Assembly (NCBI GenBank): GCA_947627315.1
Contig: CANQVN010000001.1
Span: 1,656 to 65,655 of the forward strand
From: an uncultured Clostridia bacterium
GTDB taxonomy: Bacteria; Bacillota; Clostridia; Oscillospirales; QAKW01
DNA: 64,000 bases
Direction of reading: 5' to 3'
A program made the position numbers and the translations under genes. The notes below the pieces were generated by a model that saw only the letters and a program-made list of their open reading frames with translations, had not been told where the DNA came from and made no database searches. Of the stretch, positions 47,005-56,433 are shown piece by piece; the stretch's first letter is position 1; every line of letters starts with the position of its first letter.

Positions 47005-47657
47005 ATGACCGAACTGGAAAAAATGAAAACCGGAAAATTGTTCAATCAGACTGATCGATCTTTGCTTCTGAAAATGGCACGCACATATTGTCTTGCTAGA
47101 AAGTTAAACCGCACATCACTTCTTAATCAGCCAAGACGGAATAGACTCCTGAAAAAATGCTTGGCGGCATAGGCGGAAAGCCCTATTATGTTCAATCACC
47201 GTTTTATATTGACTATGGATTTAATACTTTTATCGGAACTAATTTTCTGTCTAACTACAACTTGGTTATAATGGACGAAGGTGAAGTTCATATAGGGGAT
47301 GATGTAATGATAGGACCAAACGTGTCAATAATCACAAACCTTCATCCTGCTGTTGGTAAAGAACGTAGGATTTGCTGGACACCGAATTATTTTCCGCACA
47401 ATCATAAAGGTAACTATATTTATTCAAAGCCAGTATACATTGGTAATTGTGTATGGATATGTACGGGTGCTGTGATTTGCCCTGGTGTGACAATTGGCGA
47501 TGAGGCAATCATTGGTGCGGGTAGCGTGGTCACACGTGACATTCTACCGGGAATGTTAGCTTATGGCGTGCCCTGCCGCCCTGTTCGTGTAATTACCGAC
47601 GAGGATAGAATGGAAGTAAACATTATCTATTCGGATGAGCCTATTGTGACAAAATAA
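47005..47657 (+). pseudogene. Maltose/galactoside O-acetyltransferase-like (left-handed beta-helix) gene split by a frameshift
   Basis: Frame a: MTELEKMKTGKLFNQTDRSLLLKMARTYCLARKLNRTSLLNQPRRNRLLKKCLAA*. Frame b: (ML)GGIGGKPYYVQSPFYIDYGFNTFIGTNF...; junction at an A6 run. Confidence 0.75.
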
Positions 47658-47766
47658 CAATTTTTTTATATTGCTGTACATGCAAAAATGCTTGTATTCT
47701 TTGACATATACTCAAGCATGAAATAAGGATCTAAACATTTCAAATAATACAGAAGGAGGCAATAAA

Positions 47767-48885
47767 ATGGCAATTATTGATGTGATAAAATATGAAGGTG
47801 GAAATAACATACTTGTTTGGAAACATCCGAAAGAAGACTTCAACACATCTGCGCAACTTATCGTTCATGAATCACAAGAGGCGATAGTATTTAAAGACGG
47901 ACGGGCGAGCGATCCTTATTTGGCTGGAAAATATACAATAGAGACTGAAAATATACCTGGCGTTCGCCGTTTGGTGGGATTAGTTACCGGTGGTATCTCT
48001 CCTAACCATTATGAGATCTATTATATTAACAAGGCTTATTCTATGGATATTCCTTGGGGAACAGCGACCCCGTGGACTATTCAGGATCCATCGCTTCAAA
48101 TTCCCTTTGAGATGCAGGCTCATGGGCAGTTTGCTGTAAGAGTCGAGGACTCAAAAAAACTTGTGTTAAAATTAGTCGGGACAATGAAGAGTTTTACACA
48201 GCGATCATTGCAAGACTATTTTTATGGAATCATGATCAGTAGAATCAAAGATAATATTTCTAATCTTATCATTTCCGAGAGATTAAGCCACGCTGAGATC
48301 AGTTCGCGTTTAATTGAAATATCAGAAAAAGTAGCCCCAAACCTCAAGGATAGCTTAATCAAATATGGTTTGTCGCTTGAAGAATTTGCGGTTGAAAATA
48401 TTAGCATATTAAAAGACGACGTATATGATAGTGTTCGAGATGCAATGAAAACGAGAGCTGCAAATACTATTACAGGCGTAACTGAACAAGAAAAAATGGG
48501 GTATGATGTTGCCAAGGCACAAGCTCAAAACCCCGGAACCGGCGGACAGTATGGGCAGATTGCTACAGGTATTGCATCGGGTATAGCTATGGCCCCGGCA
48601 ATGGGTGCCATTACTCGAAATGCCATGCAGCCTGTTTCTTCTGGTAATATCCAACATCGAGATCAGTTTAGTATGGGAACTGTTGACAAACGTGATCCAG
48701 AGCAAGGAAATCAAGAAATCAAATGTGCAAAATGCGGTGCTGTTCTTAGTGCTTCCTCTCGTTTTTGCAATCAGTGTGGCGCACCAGTCGGGCAGAAAAA
48801 GGCAGAGACTCTTTCTTGCCCTGTTTGCGGTTCAATACTTTCAGAGGGCAGCAAATTCTGCAATTCATGCGGAGCAAAACTTTAA
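47767..48885 (+). CDS. SPFH-domain (virion-core-like) protein with two C-terminal zinc ribbons
   Basis: MAIIDVIKYEGGNNILVWKHP...FQAHGQF-type core, then IKCAKCGAVLSASSRFCNQCGAPV and LSCPVCGSILSEGSKFCNSCGAKL. Confidence 0.78.
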   Translation: MAIIDVIKYEGGNNILVWKHPKEDFNTSAQLIVHESQEAIVFKDGRASDPYLAGKYTIETENIPGVRRLVGLVTGGISPNHYEIYYINKAYSMDIPWGTATPWTIQDPSLQIPFEMQAHGQFAVRVEDSKKLVLKLVGTMKSFTQRSLQDYFYGIMISRIKDNISNLIISERLSHAEISSRLIEISEKVAPNLKDSLIKYGLSLEEFAVENISILKDDVYDSVRDAMKTRAANTITGVTEQEKMGYDVAKAQAQNPGTGGQYGQIATGIASGIAMAPAMGAITRNAMQPVSSGNIQHRDQFSMGTVDKRDPEQGNQEIKCAKCGAVLSASSRFCNQCGAPVGQKKAETLSCPVCGSILSEGSKFCNSCGAKL

Positions 48886-48900
48886 TAGGGGGTTTTTGTA

Positions 48901-49290
48901 ATGAAACGAATTAAAAGAGCAATGCCGACGCTTGCTGTTTCATCGCTTTTTATTATTGTGTTCAATGTGCTTGCTTTTGTTTTATCAGATAGATACGGTG
49001 CAAATTTTTGGTGTGGATACATATTTGTTACTCTTTCGTGGTTATGTTTGATAGGGATCGAACTATTGACATCAAGTAAAAATGATATGGGACAATCGCT
49101 CTTCTTAAACGCTCCAGGTCTGCTCATGACTGTAGTTCATCTTGTGGTACAGACTGTATTCGCTATAGCGGTAATGGCTATTCCGTCGTTTAGCGTTAAA
49201 TTATCTGTTTGCGTTGAGATAATATTTTTCGCTATCTATCTAGGAATCATTAGCGCATTAGAAATGTACAAAAGCAAAAACTTACACTAA
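48901..49290 (+). CDS. Four-transmembrane-type small membrane protein
   Basis: 129-aa hydrophobic ORF with several transmembrane-like segments. Confidence 0.55.
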   Translation: MKRIKRAMPTLAVSSLFIIVFNVLAFVLSDRYGANFWCGYIFVTLSWLCLIGIELLTSSKNDMGQSLFLNAPGLLMTVVHLVVQTVFAIAVMAIPSFSVKLSVCVEIIFFAIYLGIISALEMYKSKNLH

Positions 49291-49308
49291 GTAAAAGAGG
49301 ATATGGGA

Positions 49309-50637
49309 ATGAAGGAATGTAAATATTGTCGGACAAAATATGATGATAGCCTCACTGCATGTCCAAATTGCGGTGGTACTAGGGTGGTGACCGCAGAGGA
49401 GTTAGCAGAAGAAGCTGAAATTAAGCGGCAAGAAGTTGAATATAGAGAAAAAGCCAATGCTGCTCCGGAACTACATAAAAAGCGGTTGATTGGCATTCTG
49501 ACTGCTGTAGTGGCGATGATAATTGCTGTAATTGTGATCATTTCAATAAATGCAAACAAGCCGTTGTCCAATGGAATGACTAAAGACGAGAGTGAAGAAA
49601 TTTTTTCTACCGGTATGGAATACTTTGACAACGGGCACTATGAAGAGGCAATTCAATGTTTTGCACAGTTGCCTACTGATAGTAAACAGTATAAAAAAGC
49701 GCAGTCCGTGTTGACCAAATCAGCAGAATCTTATAGAAAAACTATTTTGGAAAAAGTTAACACGTATGTTCAAAACAATGAATACGAAGTTGCTTTAGAA
49801 GTTCTTAAGAACGCACAAGCAATACTGCCTGATGATACTGAAATAAAAAATGCTTATAATACTACATTTAACTCTTATAAGTCGTTAATTAGGGAAAATA
49901 CTATCGCCGAAGCGGACGCTTATGTTGCTGATGGTGATTATGTGAGTGCTATAAAAGCAGTTAATACAGCATTGGATAAAATAGAGCAGGATGAAGAGTT
50001 GTCTGCTAAACTTTCCGTTTACATGTCTTCCTATAAAGAGAGTCTGTTTGCTAATGCACATAGTGCTTATTTGAACAATGGATATGAAGAGGCTATTTCA
50101 ATTCTACAAGACGGGAAGTCTTTGTTGGGTCAGGATGATGATCTTCTTCAACTAATTTCTGATTATCAAGATTGTAAACCTATTTCTTTAAAAGATTTGA
50201 ATTGTGTTTATACCAGCACAGATGGGTTTACAGAATGGAACATTGAAGCGAAGATGATGGGTGAATTATATACAGACTACAATAATGTGCTTTGGCAGAA
50301 GGATGGATATATTGATTATGAACTTTCTGGGGAATACAAGCGCATTTCTGGCACCCTCGTTTTTAATGGTAATTTAGATTTTGATGCATTTGCTTGGGAT
50401 ATTCAGCCAGAAAATTTTACTCCAACAATAAAAATATATTGCGATAACAACTTAATTGCAACTTATTCGGTAAGCAATTCGAATCGCAGTGTTGATTTTG
50501 AATGCAATATTGAAGGGACGAAGTTTTTGAGAATAGAAGTCGATGGGCTTGAAGAGTGGAATGGATATATGCTCCAAAATTATTATTTGGTTGGGGCCAT
50601 TTCTAACTTTAACATTTACAAAAATGTGATAGAGTGA
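49309..50637 (+). CDS. Zinc-ribbon, transmembrane, TPR-like protein with C-terminal NPCBM/beta-sandwich-like domain
   Basis: MKECKYCRTKYDDSLTACPNCGG, transmembrane VVAMIIAVIVIISI, TPR-like helices, C-terminal beta-rich region. Confidence 0.65.
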   Translation: MKECKYCRTKYDDSLTACPNCGGTRVVTAEELAEEAEIKRQEVEYREKANAAPELHKKRLIGILTAVVAMIIAVIVIISINANKPLSNGMTKDESEEIFSTGMEYFDNGHYEEAIQCFAQLPTDSKQYKKAQSVLTKSAESYRKTILEKVNTYVQNNEYEVALEVLKNAQAILPDDTEIKNAYNTTFNSYKSLIRENTIAEADAYVADGDYVSAIKAVNTALDKIEQDEELSAKLSVYMSSYKESLFANAHSAYLNNGYEEAISILQDGKSLLGQDDDLLQLISDYQDCKPISLKDLNCVYTSTDGFTEWNIEAKMMGELYTDYNNVLWQKDGYIDYELSGEYKRISGTLVFNGNLDFDAFAWDIQPENFTPTIKIYCDNNLIATYSVSNSNRSVDFECNIEGTKFLRIEVDGLEEWNGYMLQNYYLVGAISNFNIYKNVIE

Positions 50638-50720
50638 GATAATCCGAAAGAATGTGCGAAAATGATATTGCATTATCTACATTATAAATTTTAACATTAT
50701 ATGATTATTTAAGAAAGCAG

Positions 50721-53378
50721 GTGACCAAAATGAGCCTCTCGATTATAGAGATTAAAGCGAGCCCTCAATACCAGCTTATAAACGCAAGTGTTGAAGAAGC
50801 AAAACGTTCTATCTGTTCAACATTTTGTAACCTGCTTTCATATGTTTCCTCAATTGCTGCTTCAGAACGAATTGCTATAGATCTTGTGTTTCATAAGTTC
50901 AAAGATAGTTTACTCCGCCTGTTCATCACTCTTCGGAGTGATGAACAGGTGTTAACTGTACCGATTGCGCAATTAAACGCTATCATCTCGTCTTATTTAA
51001 TAAATGCACATTATTCTGTTGAAGAAATAACTGGACAAGAATTTATAGAAATTGTCAACGAATTTCGTAGCCAGTTAACCGGGAAAATTGTTGCGATATT
51101 CAAGGATGAAAAGATCACGACAAGCAATCTTTCCTATTCTGGTTATTACTATTATACTGACGTTTTTGAATCATTAAATGACAAGTCTGCCGAAATAAAC
51201 AATCACAGCACTTTGATCAATCAACTGATGTCATGTGAAAAAACGACAGTTTCTTTTCAACTTATTCCCACACAACTTGCTCAGGAAGAGTATTATGCAT
51301 TAAGCAATTTATCGGGTGAATTGGCAACAACCACACACGGTCTTTTAGTTCACAATCAAATGGTGCGAGAAGTTGCGGCTGAAGCACCAAAGAAAACATA
51401 TACATATTATACGGAACGAGCATCACAGCCTTTGTTTATTGGAAATATCATTGTTGCCTCAAAGCGAGATGATTTAAGCGGGATTGTTGCTGCGATTAAA
51501 TCAGACATGCAGCAATCGGTGATTACTCCAATTAGTTTGGCAAGTGTTGAACTTGAGAATAATTCACAGTTGGCCTATGATTTTTTCCATTTTCCGTGGA
51601 ATGTATATAACCAACTTTTACTAAATTATCGAAATCAAACTATTTGGAACGGTACGGTGTTGCAGCCATCAAATTTAGTGAGATTACCGTTTCTTTATAC
51701 TGCAACAGAAGCAACGACTTTTTTTAAGTTGCCTATTGATGATGGAAAAATACACAGTATTCGAAGCAACCGAGTGGTGAATGATAATGAAGTTATTGAC
51801 AATAAGGTGTTTTCTGCTGAAAATATCAAACTTGGGGAATTACTTAATTCTAAACATTCAATTATTGGTGTGGATGCAGCGGACTTTACACGTCATGTTT
51901 TAATTGTAGGGACTCCTGGTAGTGGTAAAACCACATTTGCGCTTAATCTACTTTTGCAATTCTATGACAAAGGAATCCCCTTTTTAGCGATAGAACCAAC
52001 CAAAACAGAATATCGTGCCCTTATTGACGCTATGCCGGATCTACAGGTTTTTACACCTGGAAACAATAGCATTGTGCCGTTCTTTATCAATCCATTTATC
52101 CCACCAAAAGGAATTAGATTGGAGCAATATATTCCTTCGTTGATGAGTGCATTTAGAGCTGCCTTTTCTATGGAATCACCATTGGATGTGATTTTTCTTA
52201 GAGCAATTCGTCAATGCTATGCGCAATACGGTTGGAAGAATAGCAGCACATGCGAAGATACTGATATCCAACCATTTGGCCTATTTGAATTTATTCTTGT
52301 GTTTAGGAAAACAGTTGCAAATTCTGATTATAAAGCTGAAACAAAGGCAAATATTGAAACAGGAGGCACATTCCGTCTATTAAATCTGTTTGATCAAAAC
52401 AAATACATATATGATACGGTAAATACAATACCTATTGAGTTACTATTACAGAGGCCGACAGTGGTTGAATTGAATGCGATTGCTGATGATGAGCAGAAAG
52501 CACTTATTATGGCCTTGCTTTTAATTAGCATATGTCTTTATACAAAAAGCAAGGGATCAAGTTCGGGTCAAATCAATAATGTTATTATGATAGACGAAGC
52601 GCACGTTCTGCTTGACACGCAGGCAAGTGGCACTTATGAACAGTCAAAAGCACAAAGCGCAACTGTTAAATCTCTTCAAAAAATGATCGCCGAGATTCGC
52701 TCATTTGGAACAGGATTTATTGTTGCTGATCAAGTGCCATCAAAGGTGACAACCGATATTGTCGCCAATACTGATTTGAAAGTTTCTTTTCGATTGGTTG
52801 AACAGAATGAACGGAATATTTTAGCTAACAGTATTAATATGACTGAACAACAGTCACAGCATTTAGCGCGACTCAAAAAGGGCGAGGCTATAGTATATTT
52901 TTCTGATCTCGAATCTCCAAAAGTAATAACGACACCTGATATTAGATTCGAAAAAGGAATACGGTATCAGATCCCTGATGACGAGGTATCTAAACGTGTG
53001 CAATTTTGGAAATCACGGAGTAATCTGCTCGTTCCTTTTTTTGAGTGCTCTTTTTGCCCGCAATGTGCTTCTCGAAGTCAATGTAACACTGGTGTACGTG
53101 AAAAGGCAGAATACTATGCTTCACATATAGTCTCCACTGTAGGAGCAAGCATAAAAGACAAGGAAACTTTTATAAAATATATATGCCGACTTCATAAACT
53201 CATTATAAAATATGAAACTCCAATAGAAGATCAAGGTTCTCTAAAAATGCTTTGTAATTGCTCCAAAATACATTTTTTAAGAGAAATTCTTCTTACAAGC
53301 GACTTTAGCTTTAATAGGACTGCAATAGCAGAATTGTTGAACAGAACAATGATAAGGGGTGAAGGGCAGGATATTTGA
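50721..53378 (+). CDS. HerA/VirB4-like P-loop ATPase with C-terminal cysteine cluster
   Basis: HVLIVGTPGSGKTTFALNLLLQFYDKGIPFLAIEPTKTEYR, NNVIMIDEAHVLL, FFECSFCPQCASRSQCNTG. Confidence 0.82.
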   Translation: MTKMSLSIIEIKASPQYQLINASVEEAKRSICSTFCNLLSYVSSIAASERIAIDLVFHKFKDSLLRLFITLRSDEQVLTVPIAQLNAIISSYLINAHYSVEEITGQEFIEIVNEFRSQLTGKIVAIFKDEKITTSNLSYSGYYYYTDVFESLNDKSAEINNHSTLINQLMSCEKTTVSFQLIPTQLAQEEYYALSNLSGELATTTHGLLVHNQMVREVAAEAPKKTYTYYTERASQPLFIGNIIVASKRDDLSGIVAAIKSDMQQSVITPISLASVELENNSQLAYDFFHFPWNVYNQLLLNYRNQTIWNGTVLQPSNLVRLPFLYTATEATTFFKLPIDDGKIHSIRSNRVVNDNEVIDNKVFSAENIKLGELLNSKHSIIGVDAADFTRHVLIVGTPGSGKTTFALNLLLQFYDKGIPFLAIEPTKTEYRALIDAMPDLQVFTPGNNSIVPFFINPFIPPKGIRLEQYIPSLMSAFRAAFSMESPLDVIFLRAIRQCYAQYGWKNSSTCEDTDIQPFGLFEFILVFRKTVANSDYKAETKANIETGGTFRLLNLFDQNKYIYDTVNTIPIELLLQRPTVVELNAIADDEQKALIMALLLISICLYTKSKGSSSGQINNVIMIDEAHVLLDTQASGTYEQSKAQSATVKSLQKMIAEIRSFGTGFIVADQVPSKVTTDIVANTDLKVSFRLVEQNERNILANSINMTEQQSQHLARLKKGEAIVYFSDLESPKVITTPDIRFEKGIRYQIPDDEVSKRVQFWKSRSNLLVPFFECSFCPQCASRSQCNTGVREKAEYYASHIVSTVGASIKDKETFIKYICRLHKLIIKYETPIEDQGSLKMLCNCSKIHFLREILLTSDFSFNRTAIAELLNRTMIRGEGQDI

Positions 53379-53566
53379 TCGCAGTTATTAAGTTAGCTTT
53401 AATACAAGTGATCTTTAAGATGAAGTTTGTTTTGATAAGCATATAGGAATTTTGGATATAATCAAAATTGAAATCCGCGTTCCCAGAGAATTTGAAACAA
53501 ATAATATTTAAACCACGGATGATTTACCATGTCCTATTTCGTTCGTAAAGCGATTATTTTGACAAG

Positions 53567-53597
53567 AAAAGCTCACATGCCGGGCATGTGAGCTTTT
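53567..53597. terminator. Bidirectional terminator between convergent genes
   Basis: Perfect palindrome aaaagctcacatgcc g ggcatgtgagctttt. Confidence 0.85.
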
Positions 53598-53698
53598 GGG
53601 GGAAATACAAAATAATATATATACATTATTTATATTTCAGAGCGCAGAAATGCAGTTATACGAGTGATGAATATTCAATTATTATTTCATGCATTTTC

Positions 53699-55684
53699 TC
53701 ACGCTGCTTTTGCCTTTTGGGGCAGAAGCATTTTTTCTTTCCAGACTTTCAGATACTTTTTCACAAGCGGAGTGGGTCCGCAGTTGTGATCGCCGTGTAT
53801 CTGCGAGATTTTCCCGTTTATCAGTTCCAGTGTGTAAAACGGCGTGTCCGGCTCGCTTGTTTTGCGGAGGAAAAGAATAATGCACTTCTTTCGTATAACG
53901 CGCTGTATATACGCACCGACGCAGTGATGCAGGCTTTGCCCTTCGGCAACGATCTGCTCGGCAGACTTTGGCGGAACCATAACAAGCCCGAATTTTTTCA
54001 TACCGAACTTGCTCACAAGCTCCGTGTAATCGGATACGATCGTTTTGTTGCATATCTGAACCTTGTTGGTATCAAACATATTCGCGGCGAGGTCGTGCGC
54101 CTCGCTTAGATTTCTTGGATAAAGAATAAAATCGTCGGAAAGATCATAATCCAAATCCACACAGAACAGAATATAATCCTTATACAAAGATAATACCGTT
54201 TTGTGACTGTAACTTTGCCTGTATCCGTTCCTGTTCGGGTCGTAGTTCATCTTATCATACTGCTCGTTCATATACCGTACAAGCCTGTGCGCCGTGCAGT
54301 ATCGCAGACATATTATCAGATCTTCGGTGTTTGCAATGTAGTTTTGCTGACACCACAGCATCAGTTCCTCATTCGGCGGGATATTGTTTTCCCAAAGTTC
54401 CCGCATCATTTGAAGCTGCGACGTACCCATATTTATTTTCTGCATAAGCGGCAGATATTCTTTGGATATGCCGGTGATTTCGGAAAAACTGTGTCCATCA
54501 TGCAGCACGCGAATACCGTATCCGTAAATCACGTCCTCTGTGATACGATACAATCGCAGTTTCAACAAATACTCTATTGCGGGATACCGTAAATATTGCC
54601 GTAAATACGTCACGACCTCCAACGGCTCAAAATCGTATGAGCAGAAATCCTTGAGTTGCGAATATTGCCATGGCGTGTCAAGCAGGACTTTGTCGAGATT
54701 ATCCGCGTAAAGATATCCGCAATTATCCGCCAAAAAATTATACGACCAGTGCTGAAATACAGGACGATACCCCTTTTTCCAATCGGTGATGTTCATATCG
54801 GAGACCCCGTGGTAGTACGAATCGATCTTTTCGCCGTCTGTTGCAATAAAGATACGCGAGCTTTCCCAAAAGGTAATTTTCGGATTTAGATAGTCGGGAT
54901 AGTCTACCCATACCTTAAAAATCCGAAGGAGCAGTTCGCCGTTTATTTTTTTCAACATTTGAACCGTCACTCTGTCCGAAACATGGGATGTGCGCCCACG
55001 CGCGTGAAAAATTACATGACGGCCGCAGCCGGGGCAAACGCCTTCTTTTTTGTGCTTTGCCCCGACTACCTCCATATACCTTTTACAGTGCGTGCAGTAG
55101 CCAAGCTGCGTTTTTCTCTTTCGGTAATCATAGAACATATGTACCGGTATCACTTGGTTTTCCGTCCACTTTCTAATAACTGCCGGGATCTTGTCGACCG
55201 GCTTCATACGCTCCCGTATTTTACATTCCTTTGCTCGTAATTTTTTACGGTAATTCACATTCCAAATGTTCTGTTGAAACTGCTGCAACGCAAAAAATCC
55301 GTCGTCGGCGTTTTTCTCCTTACAGAAATCGCATACGCGGACACTGTCCCGCTTTGTGTAAAACGCACTGCTGCCGATAAGGCTGAATGGATATTGACCC
55401 GATATATTTATTGTCATGGAAGTCAGCCACCTCAGTTTTCCGTCCGGTGTTCGCTTCAGCGTCAGGTACTCCTTTCGCGTTTGGAAAACCGTGTATTCCG
55501 GGACGGATATACCGTTTGACACCTGCTTTGAAAGATAAAAATACAACAGCAGCGTGCGGCGTCCTCCGATGTTTTTGACGGAAGTGCGCACGACGTATAA
55601 ATATTTCGACGCGTGCAGTATTCCGTTGTTCGGGTCAAGTTTTATGTTTGGATCAAAGTGTTTGCGTAATTCCCGTTTGTTCAT
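53699..55684 (-). CDS. pcfJ: PcfJ-like protein
   Basis: EGQSLHHCVGAYIQRVIRKKCIILFLRKTSEPDTPFYTLELINGKISQIHGDHN. Confidence 0.8.
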   Translation of the reverse strand: MNKRELRKHFDPNIKLDPNNGILHASKYLYVVRTSVKNIGGRRTLLLYFYLSKQVSNGISVPEYTVFQTRKEYLTLKRTPDGKLRWLTSMTINISGQYPFSLIGSSAFYTKRDSVRVCDFCKEKNADDGFFALQQFQQNIWNVNYRKKLRAKECKIRERMKPVDKIPAVIRKWTENQVIPVHMFYDYRKRKTQLGYCTHCKRYMEVVGAKHKKEGVCPGCGRHVIFHARGRTSHVSDRVTVQMLKKINGELLLRIFKVWVDYPDYLNPKITFWESSRIFIATDGEKIDSYYHGVSDMNITDWKKGYRPVFQHWSYNFLADNCGYLYADNLDKVLLDTPWQYSQLKDFCSYDFEPLEVVTYLRQYLRYPAIEYLLKLRLYRITEDVIYGYGIRVLHDGHSFSEITGISKEYLPLMQKINMGTSQLQMMRELWENNIPPNEELMLWCQQNYIANTEDLIICLRYCTAHRLVRYMNEQYDKMNYDPNRNGYRQSYSHKTVLSLYKDYILFCVDLDYDLSDDFILYPRNLSEAHDLAANMFDTNKVQICNKTIVSDYTELVSKFGMKKFGLVMVPPKSAEQIVAEGQSLHHCVGAYIQRVIRKKCIILFLRKTSEPDTPFYTLELINGKISQIHGDHNCGPTPLVKKYLKVWKEKMLLPQKAKAA

Positions 55685-56364
55685 TGTACAGTCGCCCCCT
55701 GTTCATCCTTTTTCGCGGCGTCGTCGACTTCAAACAGACTGATTTGGTTTGCCTGCTGCGGCTCCTGCTGTGCTTTGGCGGGCTTCTCTTTTGCGGGATC
55801 CGCCTTTTTCTTGGGCTTTGAGGTGCGCGGCGGCACATACGGTCTCGGAACGAATTTTTCATCCTCGTTCTTGTCCTTGTCCACATCGACGTTCATATCG
55901 TAGAAATACTCGACCGCCCATTCGTAGCATAACTCGTCCGGGACGTCTCCGCCAATGTAGTGGTCTTCATTTTCCTCGTCGTTTAATTTCATTTCCTCCT
56001 CGAGATATTCCTTTGCCTTTTGACTTATATACCGAAAACAGTTTCGCATATTTTTGCGCGGGTGCATGACCTGCTTGGCAAACGCAACATCTTCATAACA
56101 CTTTGTCTGCACAAACTCGGTCACGCACAGTTTCATATTGCGGCGTGTCAGTCGCTCGGTGGCGTCGCCCAATCTTTTTACGGACGAGGCTATCAAAGCG
56201 TCATCGTCTACCGCGACCGCTTTTTCCCACTCGACCTGTATTTTCTCCTCGCGTGCCTTTTTCTTCGCTTCCCATTCGGCTTTGCGCTTGGCTTCGGCTT
56301 GTTCGTGCGCTTGGCGCTTGGCGTCCTCGCTTTCTGTGGCTTTAGTGTTTTTTGAAACTTCCAT
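55681..56364 (-). CDS. pcfK: PcfK-like protein (AcrIIA9-related family)
   Basis: DVPDELCYEWAVEYFYDMNVDVDKDKNE. Directly upstream of and overlapping the pcfJ-like gene. Confidence 0.7.
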   Translation of the reverse strand: MEVSKNTKATESEDAKRQAHEQAEAKRKAEWEAKKKAREEKIQVEWEKAVAVDDDALIASSVKRLGDATERLTRRNMKLCVTEFVQTKCYEDVAFAKQVMHPRKNMRNCFRYISQKAKEYLEEEMKLNDEENEDHYIGGDVPDELCYEWAVEYFYDMNVDVDKDKNEDEKFVPRPYVPPRTSKPKKKADPAKEKPAKAQQEPQQANQISLFEVDDAAKKDEQGATVQ

Positions 56365-56433
56365 TTTTAACTCCTTTTTAATTGTGCAGAACGCCGCGCG
56401 GATAATTCCGTGCGGCGTTGCTGTGTTTAAGTC

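Noticed and set aside
53567-53597. 31-bp perfect palindrome as a possible recombination site or right cargo boundary
   Set aside because: AAAA...TTTT flanks and its location between converging genes fit a bidirectional terminator better. It does not match the 26-bp IR sequence.
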